DNA of 64,000 nt, from contig NC_043013.1 of the NCBI RefSeq assembly GCF_006345805.1, positions 41,788,001 through 41,852,000 on the forward strand, given 5' to 3'. The notes beneath the pieces are model-generated. The model made no database searches. It was not told the DNA's origin and saw only the letters and a list, made by a program, of their open reading frames with translations. How positions within the stretch are numbered: position 1 is the stretch's first letter; each line of letters starts with the position of its first letter. Source of the stretch: Octopus sinensis (lineage: Eukaryota). The position numbers and the translations under genes were made by a program. Positions 53,274 through 64,000 of the stretch are shown here, piece by piece.

Positions 53274-53619
53274 ATATGTGTGTACTGTAAAAGAATGGAG
53301 AAGAGAGCAGAAAGTCACTTTGCCCTTTCCGTTCTACTGAAATATTCTGGTATATTTGTGTATAAATATATCAAAGCTTATGCATATACATACCTGTATA
53401 TCAGTTTTCTATATAATCATCACAAAAAACAAAAAGAAAGATACGCATACACAACCAGGCATACAGTCAAGCACACGAATATATTTACATGTATTTTGTC
53501 CTGAATCTACATACATCAATATAGTATAGTTGAGGTCTCTATTCTAAATAGTCTGACCATCTTCCGATGAATTGGTCGTTCTGAAGGAACACACACACAC
53601 ACACACACACACATATGTA

Positions 53620-53987
53620 TATATTTACTCTTTTACTTGTTTCAGTCATTTGACTGCGGCCATGCTGTAGCACCACCTTCAGTCGAGCAAATCGACCCCA
53701 GGACTTACGGGGACGTAAACACACCAGCATCGGTTGTCAAGCGATGTCGGGGGGACAAACACAGACTCACAAACACATACACATACACACACACACAAAC
53801 ACACACACTCACATATATATATATATATAAAAATTAAAACAGATTAGGAGATCGAAAATCCACCTGACGAATGTCATTGAAGACATGAAACGATTGTAGT
53901 GGCGGTTTATTTCTTTATATTAAAAATTTTTATGTATTGATTAGGTCTTTCCTTGTTTGTTTTGCAAAATAGTGGTTTTGTCTCGAA

Positions 53988-54027
<40 letters not shown>

Positions 54028-54135
54028 GACGGGCTTCTTTCAGTTTCCGTCTACCAAATCCACTCACAGGCTTTGGTCGACCCGAGGCTACAGTAGTAGA
54101 CACTTGCCCAAGGTGCCACGCAGTGGGACTGAACC
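53620..54135 (-). mobile_element. SINE family A interrupted in its internal microsatellite
   Basis: Tail half about 53620-53800, head half about 54027-54135, insert about 53830-53995. Confidence 0.85.
53860..53902 (+). ncRNA. Minimal type I hammerhead ribozyme, core fully intact
   Basis: ccac CTGACGA atgtc-attgaa-gacat GAAA cg-at-tg TA gtgg; all core nucleotides present, GUA triplet, predicted cleavage after 53898. Confidence 0.8.
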
Positions 54136-54514
54136 CGGATATATAAGAAACAAGGTAAAAATAATGATCATTACATATTTTCCCTTTATTGGAGGAAATT
54201 TGGCTTACAGCTGTTTCCGGCAGTCATTATAGATACATTACTGATAGTTTTTCTCAATTGGTCTACTGATCAATTGACCAATTGAGGAAAATTGAATGAC
54301 CTAAGAAAGTAAATACTACTTTCGTCACAGCGATTTCTGTTTCTATCAAGCAGAGTACTGGAGGAATGGCTACGGATTTACAATAGAGAATTGTGATGGA
54401 CCATAACCTGGACTCTACCAAAAGATTGCCTGGTACTCCTTACTAATCTAAGTGGTATTGTTAGCCTGGAGAGCTTATGAAGTAATTTGCCCGATTGGTA
54501 ATCCCTCACTATGG

Positions 54515-54516
54515 TG

Positions 54517-54547
<31 letters not shown>

Positions 54548-54619
54548 GTATATATATGTAATATATATATATGTATATAATATATATATTATATATATAT
54601 ATGTGATATATATATATAT

Positions 54620-54669
<50 letters not shown>

Positions 54670-55005
54670 GTATATATATGTATATATATATATGTGTATA
54701 TATGTATATATATGTATATATATATGTATTATATATTATATATATTATGTATAATATATATGTATATATATGTATATATATATATGTATATATATATATT
54801 ATATGTATATATATAATATATATGTATATATTATGTATTTTTATATATGTATATATATATATGTATATATATATGTATATATATATATGTATATATACAT
54901 GTATATATATATATGTTATATATATGTATATATATGTATATATATATGTATATATGTATATATATATATGTATATATATATGTATATATATGTATATATA
55001 TATAA
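54515..55005 (+). repeat. (TA)n/(TATG)n tract
   Basis: Direct reading; similar tracts at 55650-55925 and 56225-56855. Confidence 0.95.
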
Positions 55006-55650
55006 AATCCTTTAAAATCCTTAAAAATGTTTTAGCCCGAAGGCCGCGGCCATGCTGGGGCACCACCGCTGAATGAGCCACATAGTTTGTGAACACCTCT
55101 GATACGTGGCACTTATCAACAAGGGAGTTCGATGCTGCTGCCCGCATCCGCGTCTCCTGTCGTGGGTAGGTTCATCTGGGACTCCCAACAAGAGAGATCC
55201 AGTTTAGTTTTAAAGAAACCCACATCCACACCATGTAAGTCTCTCAGGCATTTAGGGAGGATGTTGAAAAGCTGTGGTCCTCTGAAACCCAAGCTGTTGC
55301 AGTATCTGGACCTGTATTTTGATGGTGATGTTGGAATCCTTGGCACACGCAGCGGCGCCCCGTTCTGCGGTTGGAGTAACTTTGAATGCCAAAGTTGGGG
55401 GTAAGACCTCCAGGATTTTCCAGATGTATATACTGCATATCTCTCCCGCCTCCGCTCCAGGGAGAAGAGGTTAATACCTTCAGTCTTTCCCAGTAGCTGA
55501 ATCTGCATTGAGACGATTTTCTTTGTGTAGCTTCTCTGAGTTGCTTCGAGTTCTGCTGTTTGTTTATATTGTGTGGTGACCCAAGTTGGGAGCAGTAGTC
55601 CAAGCGGCTGAGGACAAATGTTTTCCACAGGACATCAGTGTCTCTTCTCT
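55005..55650 (-). mobile_element. 5'-truncated CR1-like LINE 3' end (second subfamily) within (TA)n
   Basis: [16 protein letters not shown]...[11 protein letters not shown]...[38 protein letters not shown]; tail (GGATTTTAA)n; many single-base deletions. Confidence 0.9.
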
Positions 55651-55881
55651 CATATATATATATATATATGTATATATAATATATATGTATATATATATGT
55701 ATATATATATTATATATATATATGTATATATATATGTATATAATATATGTATATATATATATGTAATATATATGTATATATATAATGTATATATGTATAT
55801 ATATATATGTATATATGTATATATATATATGTATATATATGTATATATATATGTATATATATGTATATATAATATGTATAA

Positions 55882-55920
<39 letters not shown>

Positions 55921-55925
55921 TATAT

Positions 55926-56224
55926 ACTAGCAGTATCGCCCGGCGTTGCTCAGGTTTGTAAGGGAAAAAGGTGGAGTTGCGTCCCCTAGACAGTTTGTGG
56001 TTTGTGTTTCTGATTCTTGACCCCATGTTGAATTTATCGATTTTTTTCAGAACTGGGGGAACTTTTCAAAATTTTCGCTGCGTTAGTTTTGAATTATGAC
56101 ATTTGGCTATGTGTGTGTCAAGTTTCATCAGAATCGGTTGAAAGCCGTGGTCAGAGTGAGGGTACGAGAAAACAGACACACAGAAACACGCACAGAAAAC
56201 TGCCGTTTATATAGAGAGAGAGAT
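55926..56224 (+). mobile_element. Helitron-like non-autonomous element
   Basis: Same 5' 25-mer as 11200; 3' end gtttatatagagagagagat. Confidence 0.55.
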
Positions 56225-56338
56225 ATATGTATATTATATATAGTATATATATATGTATGTATATATATATGTATATAATATATATGTATATATTATATAT
56301 ATATATATAATCTATATATATATATTATATATATATAT

Positions 56339-56376
<38 letters not shown>

Positions 56377-56734
56377 TATAATATATATGTATATAATATA
56401 TGTATATATATATATATGTATATATAATATGTATATATATATATATCTATATATATATATATGTATATATATATGTATAATATATATATATATATATGTA
56501 TATAATATATATATGTAATATATAATATATATATATATGTAGAATAAATATATATATGTATATATATATATATTATTATATATATATAATGTATATATAT
56601 ATATATATATAGTATATATATAATATGTATATATTTATATATGTATATAATATATATATGTATATATATATAATATGTATATATATATATATATATCTAT
56701 ATGGTATATGTATTATATATATATATGTATGTAA

Positions 56735-56772
<38 letters not shown>

Positions 56773-56773
56773 T

Positions 56774-56838
<65 letters not shown>

Positions 56839-56865
56839 TATAGATATATATACTATATAAAGGAT

Positions 56866-57424
56866 CGTGGATAAGGCCAATGCAATGCGAAGTAAATACA
56901 AGGTAAATCACAAAAAAAAACAAATATGTGAATTAATGTAGGCTTACCTTGTATTCAATATTTCGGGGTTATGACCCCATTTTCAAGAAACAGACAGATG
57001 TTGCCGATGTGCATGTATGTGAGCGTGTGTAGAGTGGACATGCGCGGAGAGGCAGAACACGTGCAAGTGGACACTACTGTGAAGAAACACCTACGGAAAT
57101 GCCAGACCCGGAAATTCACAATGCACATTAAGGCAACACAGCGGAATAGGGACAACCTTAGAATCTCTGAGACCATCCTCATACACCAAAAGAAACCCAA
57201 GATCAACAACAGAAGAGAGTTACAGGAAGCTAGCTGGTCGCTATAGCAACACTTTTCCGTGCATGTACGATTCACACACGCAAATCGGCAACATTCGTCT
57301 ATTTCTGGAAAATGGGGTCATAACCCCGAAATATTGGATACAAGGTAAGTCTACATAAATTCACATATTTGTTTTCTTGTGTTTTACCTTGCATTTACTT
57401 TGCATTGTTTTGGCCTTACCCACG
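56866..57424. mobile_element. Penelope-like relic: GIY-YIG remnant between approximately 150-bp inverted repeats
   Basis: KKHLRKCQTRKFTMHIKATQRNRDNLRISETILIHQKKPKINNRRE; inverted repeats about 56866-57015 and 57275-57424, each with a decayed hammerhead (56954-56989 minus, 57303-57338 plus). Confidence 0.75.
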
Positions 57425-57482
57425 CTCTTTTATACAATATATTCTACACAATGCTTCATAGTAATAATTTCATTATAATATA

Positions 57483-58059
57483 CACAGACAAGCAGGAAGT
57501 AAATAGACACCTTTAGTTTTCAAAATTTTTTATCTAAGCGTCTTAATATGTTTACAGCGGTGTGAATTTATAATGTAATTATTCTTTTTCATTCCAGGTG
57601 TCATTATATTAAACATTCGCGAAGAGTAATCATGCCACGCACAAAAAATTCAGCACAACTGTCAGATTTTCAAAGAGGTCGTATTGTTGGGCAATCTGAG
57701 GCTGGTCTTAGCCAGCGAAAAATTGCCGAAAATCTTCAAATTCCTCTTGCTACTGTTAATAGAATTATTGTGCAATTCAAAAGCCAAGGAAGAGAATCAA
57801 CAGATACTCGTCCCGGACGACATGGGCCCTCGGAAAGGAAGCTTCGTTGTTTGAAGAGAATTGTAGAAAACTAGCCCCGTTCGAAGGCTCCTGACATTGC
57901 AAAACAGCTAGAAGTTAGTCCAAGAACGTGTGTTAAATATCTGCATAAGCTTGGGTATTATGGACGAGTAGCTAGAAGAAAACCTCTCCATCAACCAATT
58001 AATATCAAATAAAAGATTTCGAAAATTAAAGGTGTCTATTTACTTCTTGCACGTCTGTG
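57483..58059 (+). mobile_element. Internally deleted Tc1-like transposon
   Basis: About 40-bp TIRs CACAGAC..GCA.GAAGTAAATAGACACCTTTA, TA duplication at 57481-82 and 58060-61; [35 protein letters not shown]...RPGR (paired-like HTH); no DDE domain. Confidence 0.9.
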
Positions 58060-59018
58060 TATATACACATATTAGGCCTTCAAACAACGCCAGTAATTTC
58101 GGGTGAGGGTTGGATAAGTCGATTCAATCTACTCAGTTGTAAAATATGTACCGTCCTAGTGTTAGTCCACCTTTCTCCTTTGCAGTAGTCAGTCCACGTT
58201 ACTCTATCGGATCAAATGTTAGAGTGCCGCGTGTGTGCCTATGTCTACCTCCGACTACATAGCACTCAAAACATTCAACGAAAGAATGATACAAGCTATC
58301 AGATCATAACTACCTAAGAGTGACAGTAAAGTTTGTCAGTTAGTTAGGTAGTTAGTTAATTAGTTAGTGTAGTGTTTGGTTGGTTGGTTGGTTGGTTGGT
58401 TGGTTGGTTGGTTGGTTGGTTCGTTCGCTCGTTCGTTAGTCAGTCAGTTAATTAGGTAGCTTACTTAATATTTGTCCGTATATACATTTATATAATTTTT
58501 TTTACAAATACTTTAATTTCGAATACATTAAAATTGAACAAATCAATAGTAATGAAATTTCTATTCATTTCGATTTGTATGTATTATTTTCTTATATTGT
58601 TCCTCTTTTCGTTGTTTACAAAATGTTTATATTCTAGAACGGAGTGTTGCTTATTGGGGACATCCACATTTATTCAATATGAGATTGAAGTAGGAAAATG
58701 ACCCCGCGCCATCATATATCATATTCGTATATTTCTTTTTGCCCTTTTGCTTGTATACTGATAAACCTCAACGAATTTTATCTGTTTTAAAATCCTATAC
58801 ACTAAAACTTCACAGATTTCTCACCACATATCTATATGAAATGGCGACCTTGTGTTCTCAGAATGACAGTAATATAAATATTACACCAGATATACCCAGA
58901 ACATTTACATCATTAGTTTGAAAAACCAAGATGTCTCTGCTTCTTAAGCAATCGTTCCGACATGCATATGACTATATACATATATATACACATATATATA
59001 TATATATATATAATATAT

Positions 59019-59060
<42 letters not shown>

Positions 59061-59676
59061 AATATGTGTGGTGTGTGTGCGTATTATCTGTATATGTGCA
59101 TATACTGTGTGTCCGTAAAGTCATGGTGAGGTTTCAAAATTATTTACAAGTATAACATAATAATGTATATAGCCCCAGTAATTTTTACTATTTTCAGAAA
59201 AAAAATCACTCAAGCAAAATTATTCAAGTCTGTATTTAAGCCCATGGGTTTAATTTTGGAGAAAGCAGTATTCTAAAAATGAAATAAAATAAAATGAATT
59301 TTAAATTAGCTATATTGTTGTTTATTACAATATACTGCATTCTATGAATATGAGGTAGATCTTTGCAAAATACCTAAATCTTGAATTGAATCAAACATTT
59401 TGCATAATTGGTTTCCCCTTTTGGCTGAAGGCCATAAAACCCAGAGGGGAAGTAAGTCGATTGCATCGACCTCAGTACTCCTCTGATACTCATTTTATCG
59501 AGTACCGAAAGGATAAAAGGAAAAAATGCAAATATCATCTAATTTGGTTAAAAACTGAGTTAGTGACAAAACCTAGAATTGGTCGTAAGTAAATGTTGAA
59601 CTTTAAAGTATTATTCACACACTACCGAATGTGAATGATATAATAAATAAATAAATATAATATAATATAATATATA

Positions 59677-59715
<39 letters not shown>

Positions 59716-60454
59716 GGTTAAGCGCATATAGGTTCAATGATACGAACTTGTAAATACAATCTTGAAGACATGAATACCGTACAGAGTTACATTTTGCCAT
59801 TAACCAGCAGAAGTTACAGAATGGCTCATGCAGGTAAGGGTTTCATGCATTGGAACTTATTAAACATTGATAGGTGTCACTGCTCGATATGCATGGCCCT
59901 TGAGCCACTCTGACTTCAACAAATTAATAGAAAAATTAATAGAAAACCCGCACACACACTCAGTTATATATGCATGAGTGTGTGTGTTATAAACATACAT
60001 ACATCTGTGGTGGTTCAATAAAGAATTCATACAAAATTTTTTTTTGAAAGAAAAGTTACCGGGTTGACTTATTTGAGACTAAACCCTTCAACGTAATGCT
60101 CCAGCGTGGCCGCATTCTAATGACTAAAACAAGAAAAAAATGAAAGAACTTTTCGCCAAAAGGTCGTCCTTTCGCTTCTAACCGACTGAAGAAGGTTCCC
60201 TCAAAACAGTAGACAAATCATTGAATAGTAATATATGCCTGTTTTTCTGATTCACTTTAAATTGAGCAAATTACGATAATCGAATCAAATGGAAATGGTA
60301 AACAGGAAGACTTAATTCATTCGTGTCAGGTGTTCTTTAACAGATTCGCCATTCTTTATTCTTCTGCATTAAACTCGTCAATCAATAAATGAACTTCGTC
60401 GTTATTTTTCTCATAAATATGATCAATTGAACAATTACTAAACTACATCTATTC

Positions 60455-60675
60455 TCGTAGGCGGTGAGCTTGGCAAAATTGTGAGCAACGCTGGGCAAAA
60501 TGCTTACCGACGTTTCGGCTGTTTTTAATGTTCTGATTTCAAATTCCGCCGAGTTCGATTTTGCTGTTCATCCTTTCAGTCTTAATAACATAAGTCCCAG
60601 TTGAACAAATGAGTCGATGTAATCGGCTTACCTGCTCCCCCGAACAATATGTCCTTGTGCCAAAATCTGAAACCA
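60455..60675 (+). mobile_element. Degenerate SINE B
   Basis: Sequence match. Confidence 0.7.
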
Positions 60676-61887
60676 ATACACATCTATCTTTGTTTATCAC
60701 GGGGAGCTGGTTTAAAGAGAAACAACATAAACAGTATTAAGTGAATCAGATGATAAAGGAATTATCTCCTTTACTACGGACTCCAATACACATCTATCTT
60801 TGTTTATCACGGGGAGCTGGTTTAAAGAGAAACAACATAAACAGTATTAAGTGAATCAGATGATAAAGGAATTATCTCCTTTACTACGGACACCAATACA
60901 CATCTATCTTTGTTTATCACGGGGAGCTGGTTTAAAGAGAAACAACATAAACAGTATTAAGTGAATCAGATGATAAAGGAATTATCTCCTTTACTACGGA
61001 CACCAATACACATCTATCTTTGTTTATCACGGGGAGCTGGTTTAAAGAGAACAACATAACAGTATTAAGTAATCAGATGATAAAGGAATTATCTCCTTTA
61101 CTACGGACACCAATACACATCTATCTTTGTTTATCACGGGGAGCTGGTTTTAAAGAAACAACATAAACAGTATTAAGTGAATCAGATGATAAAGGAATTA
61201 TCTCCTTTACTACGGACTCCAATACACATCTATCTTTGTGTTTATCACGGGGAGCTGGTTTAAAGAGAAACAACATAAACAGTATTAAGTGAATCAGATG
61301 ATAAAGGAATTATCTCCTTACTACGGACACCAATACACATCTATTTTTGTTTATCACGGGGAGCTGGTTTAAAGAGAAACACATAAACAGTATTAAGTGA
61401 ATCAGATGATAAAGGCATTATCTCCTTTACTAACGGACAACCAATACACATCTATCTTTGTTTTCACGGGGACACGGGTTTAAGAGAAACAACATAAACA
61501 GTATTAAGTGAATCAGATGATAAAGGAATTATCTCTTTACTACGGACACCAATACACATCTATCTTTGTTTATATCACGGGGAGCTGGTTTAAAGAGAAA
61601 CAACATAAACAGTATTAAGTGAATCAGATGATAAAGGAATTATCTCCTTTACTACGGACACCAATACACATCTATCTATCTTTGTTATCACGGGGAGCTG
61701 GTTTAAAGAGAAACAACATAAACAGTATTAAGTGAATCAGATGATAAAGGAATTATCTCCTTTACTACGGACACCAATACACATCTATCTTTGTTTATCA
61801 CGGGGAGCTGGTTTAAAGAGAAACAACATAAACAGTATTAAGTGAATCAGATGATAAAGGAATTATCTCCTTTACTACGGACACCAA
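60673..61887 (+). repeat. 110-bp tandem repeat, 11 copies
   Basis: Units start at 60673, 60783, 60893, 61003, 61110, 61219, 61330, 61441, 61549, 61661 and 61774; near identical apart from small indels. Confidence 0.97.
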
Positions 61888-62319
61888 ACAATCTCGCAGC
61901 TCACCGCAGTTGAGCTTCCACCGACATGTATTTCCGTAAACGTCTCTACTTTTTCTCGTAGGGAATACACTTTTCTGCATCATTTGTAAAGATCAAGCAC
62001 CATCGCAATTTTTTTCATTTTACTGGTCACGTGTTCACGCGTGTGAGTATGCAAAAAAAAATACGCGACCTTGTAAGTCGATAGTAGGGGCATTCTGGAT
62101 AGCAGCTGAGCTTTGTGGTTGGTTGCTGGGGGCGTATTTGCATCTTCGACCGATCGCCGATCCGTGTTATCATAGATCAATCCGTGATAAGAAAAACATC
62201 GTTCGCAGTCAAGCGTGTCGTGTTATTCTTGATTAACGATGAATGAATTACTTAACCAGTGATAGATGAGGATAAATGTACAGACTGCTACTCGTCATAT
62301 GACGGATAATTTTGGAATT

Positions 62320-62653
62320 ATACGTTTGTCGACCCCAGGACTTATTCTTTGTAATCCTAGTACTTATTCTATCCGTCTCTTTTTTGCCGAACCGCTAAGT
62401 TACGGGGACGTAAACACACTAACATCGGTTGTCAAGCGATGTTGGGGTTGGGGACAAACACACCACATATATACAATATATACATATATACGACGGGCTT
62501 CTTTTAGTTTCCGTCTACCAAATCCACTCACAAGGCTTTGGACGACCTGAGACTATAGTAGAAAACACTTGCCCAAGGTGCCACGCAGAGGGATTGAACC
62601 CTGAACCATGTGGTTGGTAAGCAAGCTACTTACCACACAGCCACTCCTGCGCC

Positions 62654-62655
<2 letters not shown>
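62320..62655 (-). mobile_element. SINE family A (tail truncated)
   Basis: Sequence match. Confidence 0.85.
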
Positions 62656-62688
<33 letters not shown>

Positions 62689-62689
62689 T

Positions 62690-62740
<51 letters not shown>

Positions 62741-62885
62741 TGGAGAAGTTTGAATTCAATAAGAACATTTTAAAATTTTATAAAACCTTTAACATCTTCT
62801 CATTTCCACCTTTAATTGTTTGTTGAGTTTATATAGGATACGTTTTCTATAAATGCTCATAACACACCTTATACTTATATATATA

Positions 62886-63265
62886 TACGAGCAAAACGCC
62901 CCCCGTCCAATGGACGGTACTGCGTTGTCAAACATTTAAACCAAATTTTCTCAAAACAACTTGTCCGACCGTCCCATAGACCTCCCCTTTGAGAAACACT
63001 GATTTAATCTAAATTTGAGACACCAGCAAAAGAAGAAATAAAGATAGACTTTTTTTCTATTCCAAAGAAAAACGATTTTCCACAGCTTTATCGATCGCAT
63101 TCTCACCTGGAATCGATTTTTGTAATTTTTTCAAGACTTATACACATCCTGATACCCTCGGTATCTACATATCAAATCTGAGCGCAATGGGATGGAAGAT
63201 GCTCGAGATCCTAAAAGACACGAACACACACACACACACACAGAACGGATTTTATATAAGAGATA
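62886..63265 (+). mobile_element. Helitron-like non-autonomous element (different family)
   Basis: Ends (CA)n-gaacggattttatataagagat like the other two; 5' end uncertain. Confidence 0.4.
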
Positions 63266-63433
63266 TTAAATTCAAATTACGATGAACGTAAACAAACAAA
63301 CGAAGTTTGCTTTAGAAGCGTTGAGATGTCTTAGAAAGTTAAAGAAGTGATTTTAAAATTCTCAAACTTAGGATAATGCTAATAATATAGCCTGAACAGG
63401 ATAAGATACGCCTATTTTGCAGAAAAAGAATGT

Positions 63434-63514
63434 GGGTGGCCGGCTATGAGACTCGAACTCACACCTCCGTAATGACACGTCGCGGTGCTCTGAACCAATT
63501 AAGCTAAACCACCC
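63434..63514 (-). pseudogene. tRNA-like pseudogene (TGT anticodon, Thr-like) with a 4-nt acceptor-stem insertion
   Basis: ggtggtt ta gctt aattggttca gagc a ccgcga cgtgtca ttacgg aggt gtgag ttcgagt ctcat agcc[ggcc]acc, then ttttt. Confidence 0.55.
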
Positions 63515-63604
63515 ACACAACAAATTCTTCCGCAAATTTAAGATATACAGAAATCTCGCTTTATGAGATGCTATCATACGTTAAATTCGAATTACGATGA
63601 ACGT

Positions 63605-63770
63605 GAGTGGCTGTGTGGTAAGTAGCTTGCTTACCAGCCACATGGTTCCGGCTTCAGTCCCACTGCGTAGCACCTTGGGTAAGTGTCTTCTACTATAACC
63701 TCGGGCCGACCAAAGCCTTGTGAGTGGATTTGGTAGACGGAAACTAAAAGAAGCCCGTCGTTTATATGTA
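63605..63770 (+). mobile_element. SINE family A head half
   Basis: Sequence match. Confidence 0.85.
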
Positions 63771-64000
63771 TATATATATATATATGTAGGAATTTGTTGC
63801 TCTATAACTCACGTGGGTGGAAGGGGAAGAATGCAAAGCCTCATTTGTACTTTTGAATTCGTTAGTACTAGCGGTCGAAGATGGTTTGTCTGGGATTACT
63901 CATACCAGACGGGCATGTTCGATTTTTAGTGCTCTCAAATCCAAATCTAAAGAAATCTTGAGCTGACAAAGGAAATGTTGATCTTTATATTCAACTAATC

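Noticed and set aside
60180-60220. CTGAAGA hammerhead-like core (also near 32313, 37329 and 53570)
   Set aside because: GAAA is missing or stem I does not pair; too degenerate to call.
60673-61887. CRISPR-like array or tandem hammerhead (retrozyme) array
   Set aside because: Units are fully repeated with no unique spacers. CAGATGA plus a hairpin resembles a hammerhead 5' half, but there is no GAAA, stem III or NUH on either strand.
61962-62075. Nuclear-receptor-like zinc finger (CIICKDQA...VHACE)
   Set aside because: Cys spacing is 18 rather than 13, the fourth Cys needs an indel, and no FFRR follows.

Overview
AT-rich, microsatellite-saturated animal DNA. The SINE families and repeat landscape suggest an Octopus (cephalopod) intron or intergenic region; this is an inference, and there is a 100-N scaffold gap at 9356-9455. 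No host gene can be built confidently, only weak candidate exons, and most listed ORFs are translated microsatellites. The window is a nest of mobile DNA: a near full-length CR1-like LINE (41.0-45.6 kb, minus) with a Myb/SANT plus CCCH ORF1 and a tandem-monomer 5' UTR; Tx1/L1, RLE (Dong/R4-like), RTE and Penelope-like fragments; hAT, Chapaev-like and Tc1/mariner relics; Helitron-like non-autonomous elements; and several tRNA-derived SINE families. The main signal not explained by the ORF track is a set of about nine minimal type I hammerhead ribozyme motifs, some with intact cores, most with palindromic stem III, often tied to inverted repeats and (TA)n. One lies inside a 212-bp element with 21-bp terminal inverted repeats. 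Other notable signals: a covarying 3' stem-loop shared by a SINE and two LINE subfamilies, retrotransposons flanked by specific microsatellites ((GATA)n, (AAT)n, (TACA)n), and an 11-copy 110-bp tandem array. All structures were read by eye; none was computed or searched.
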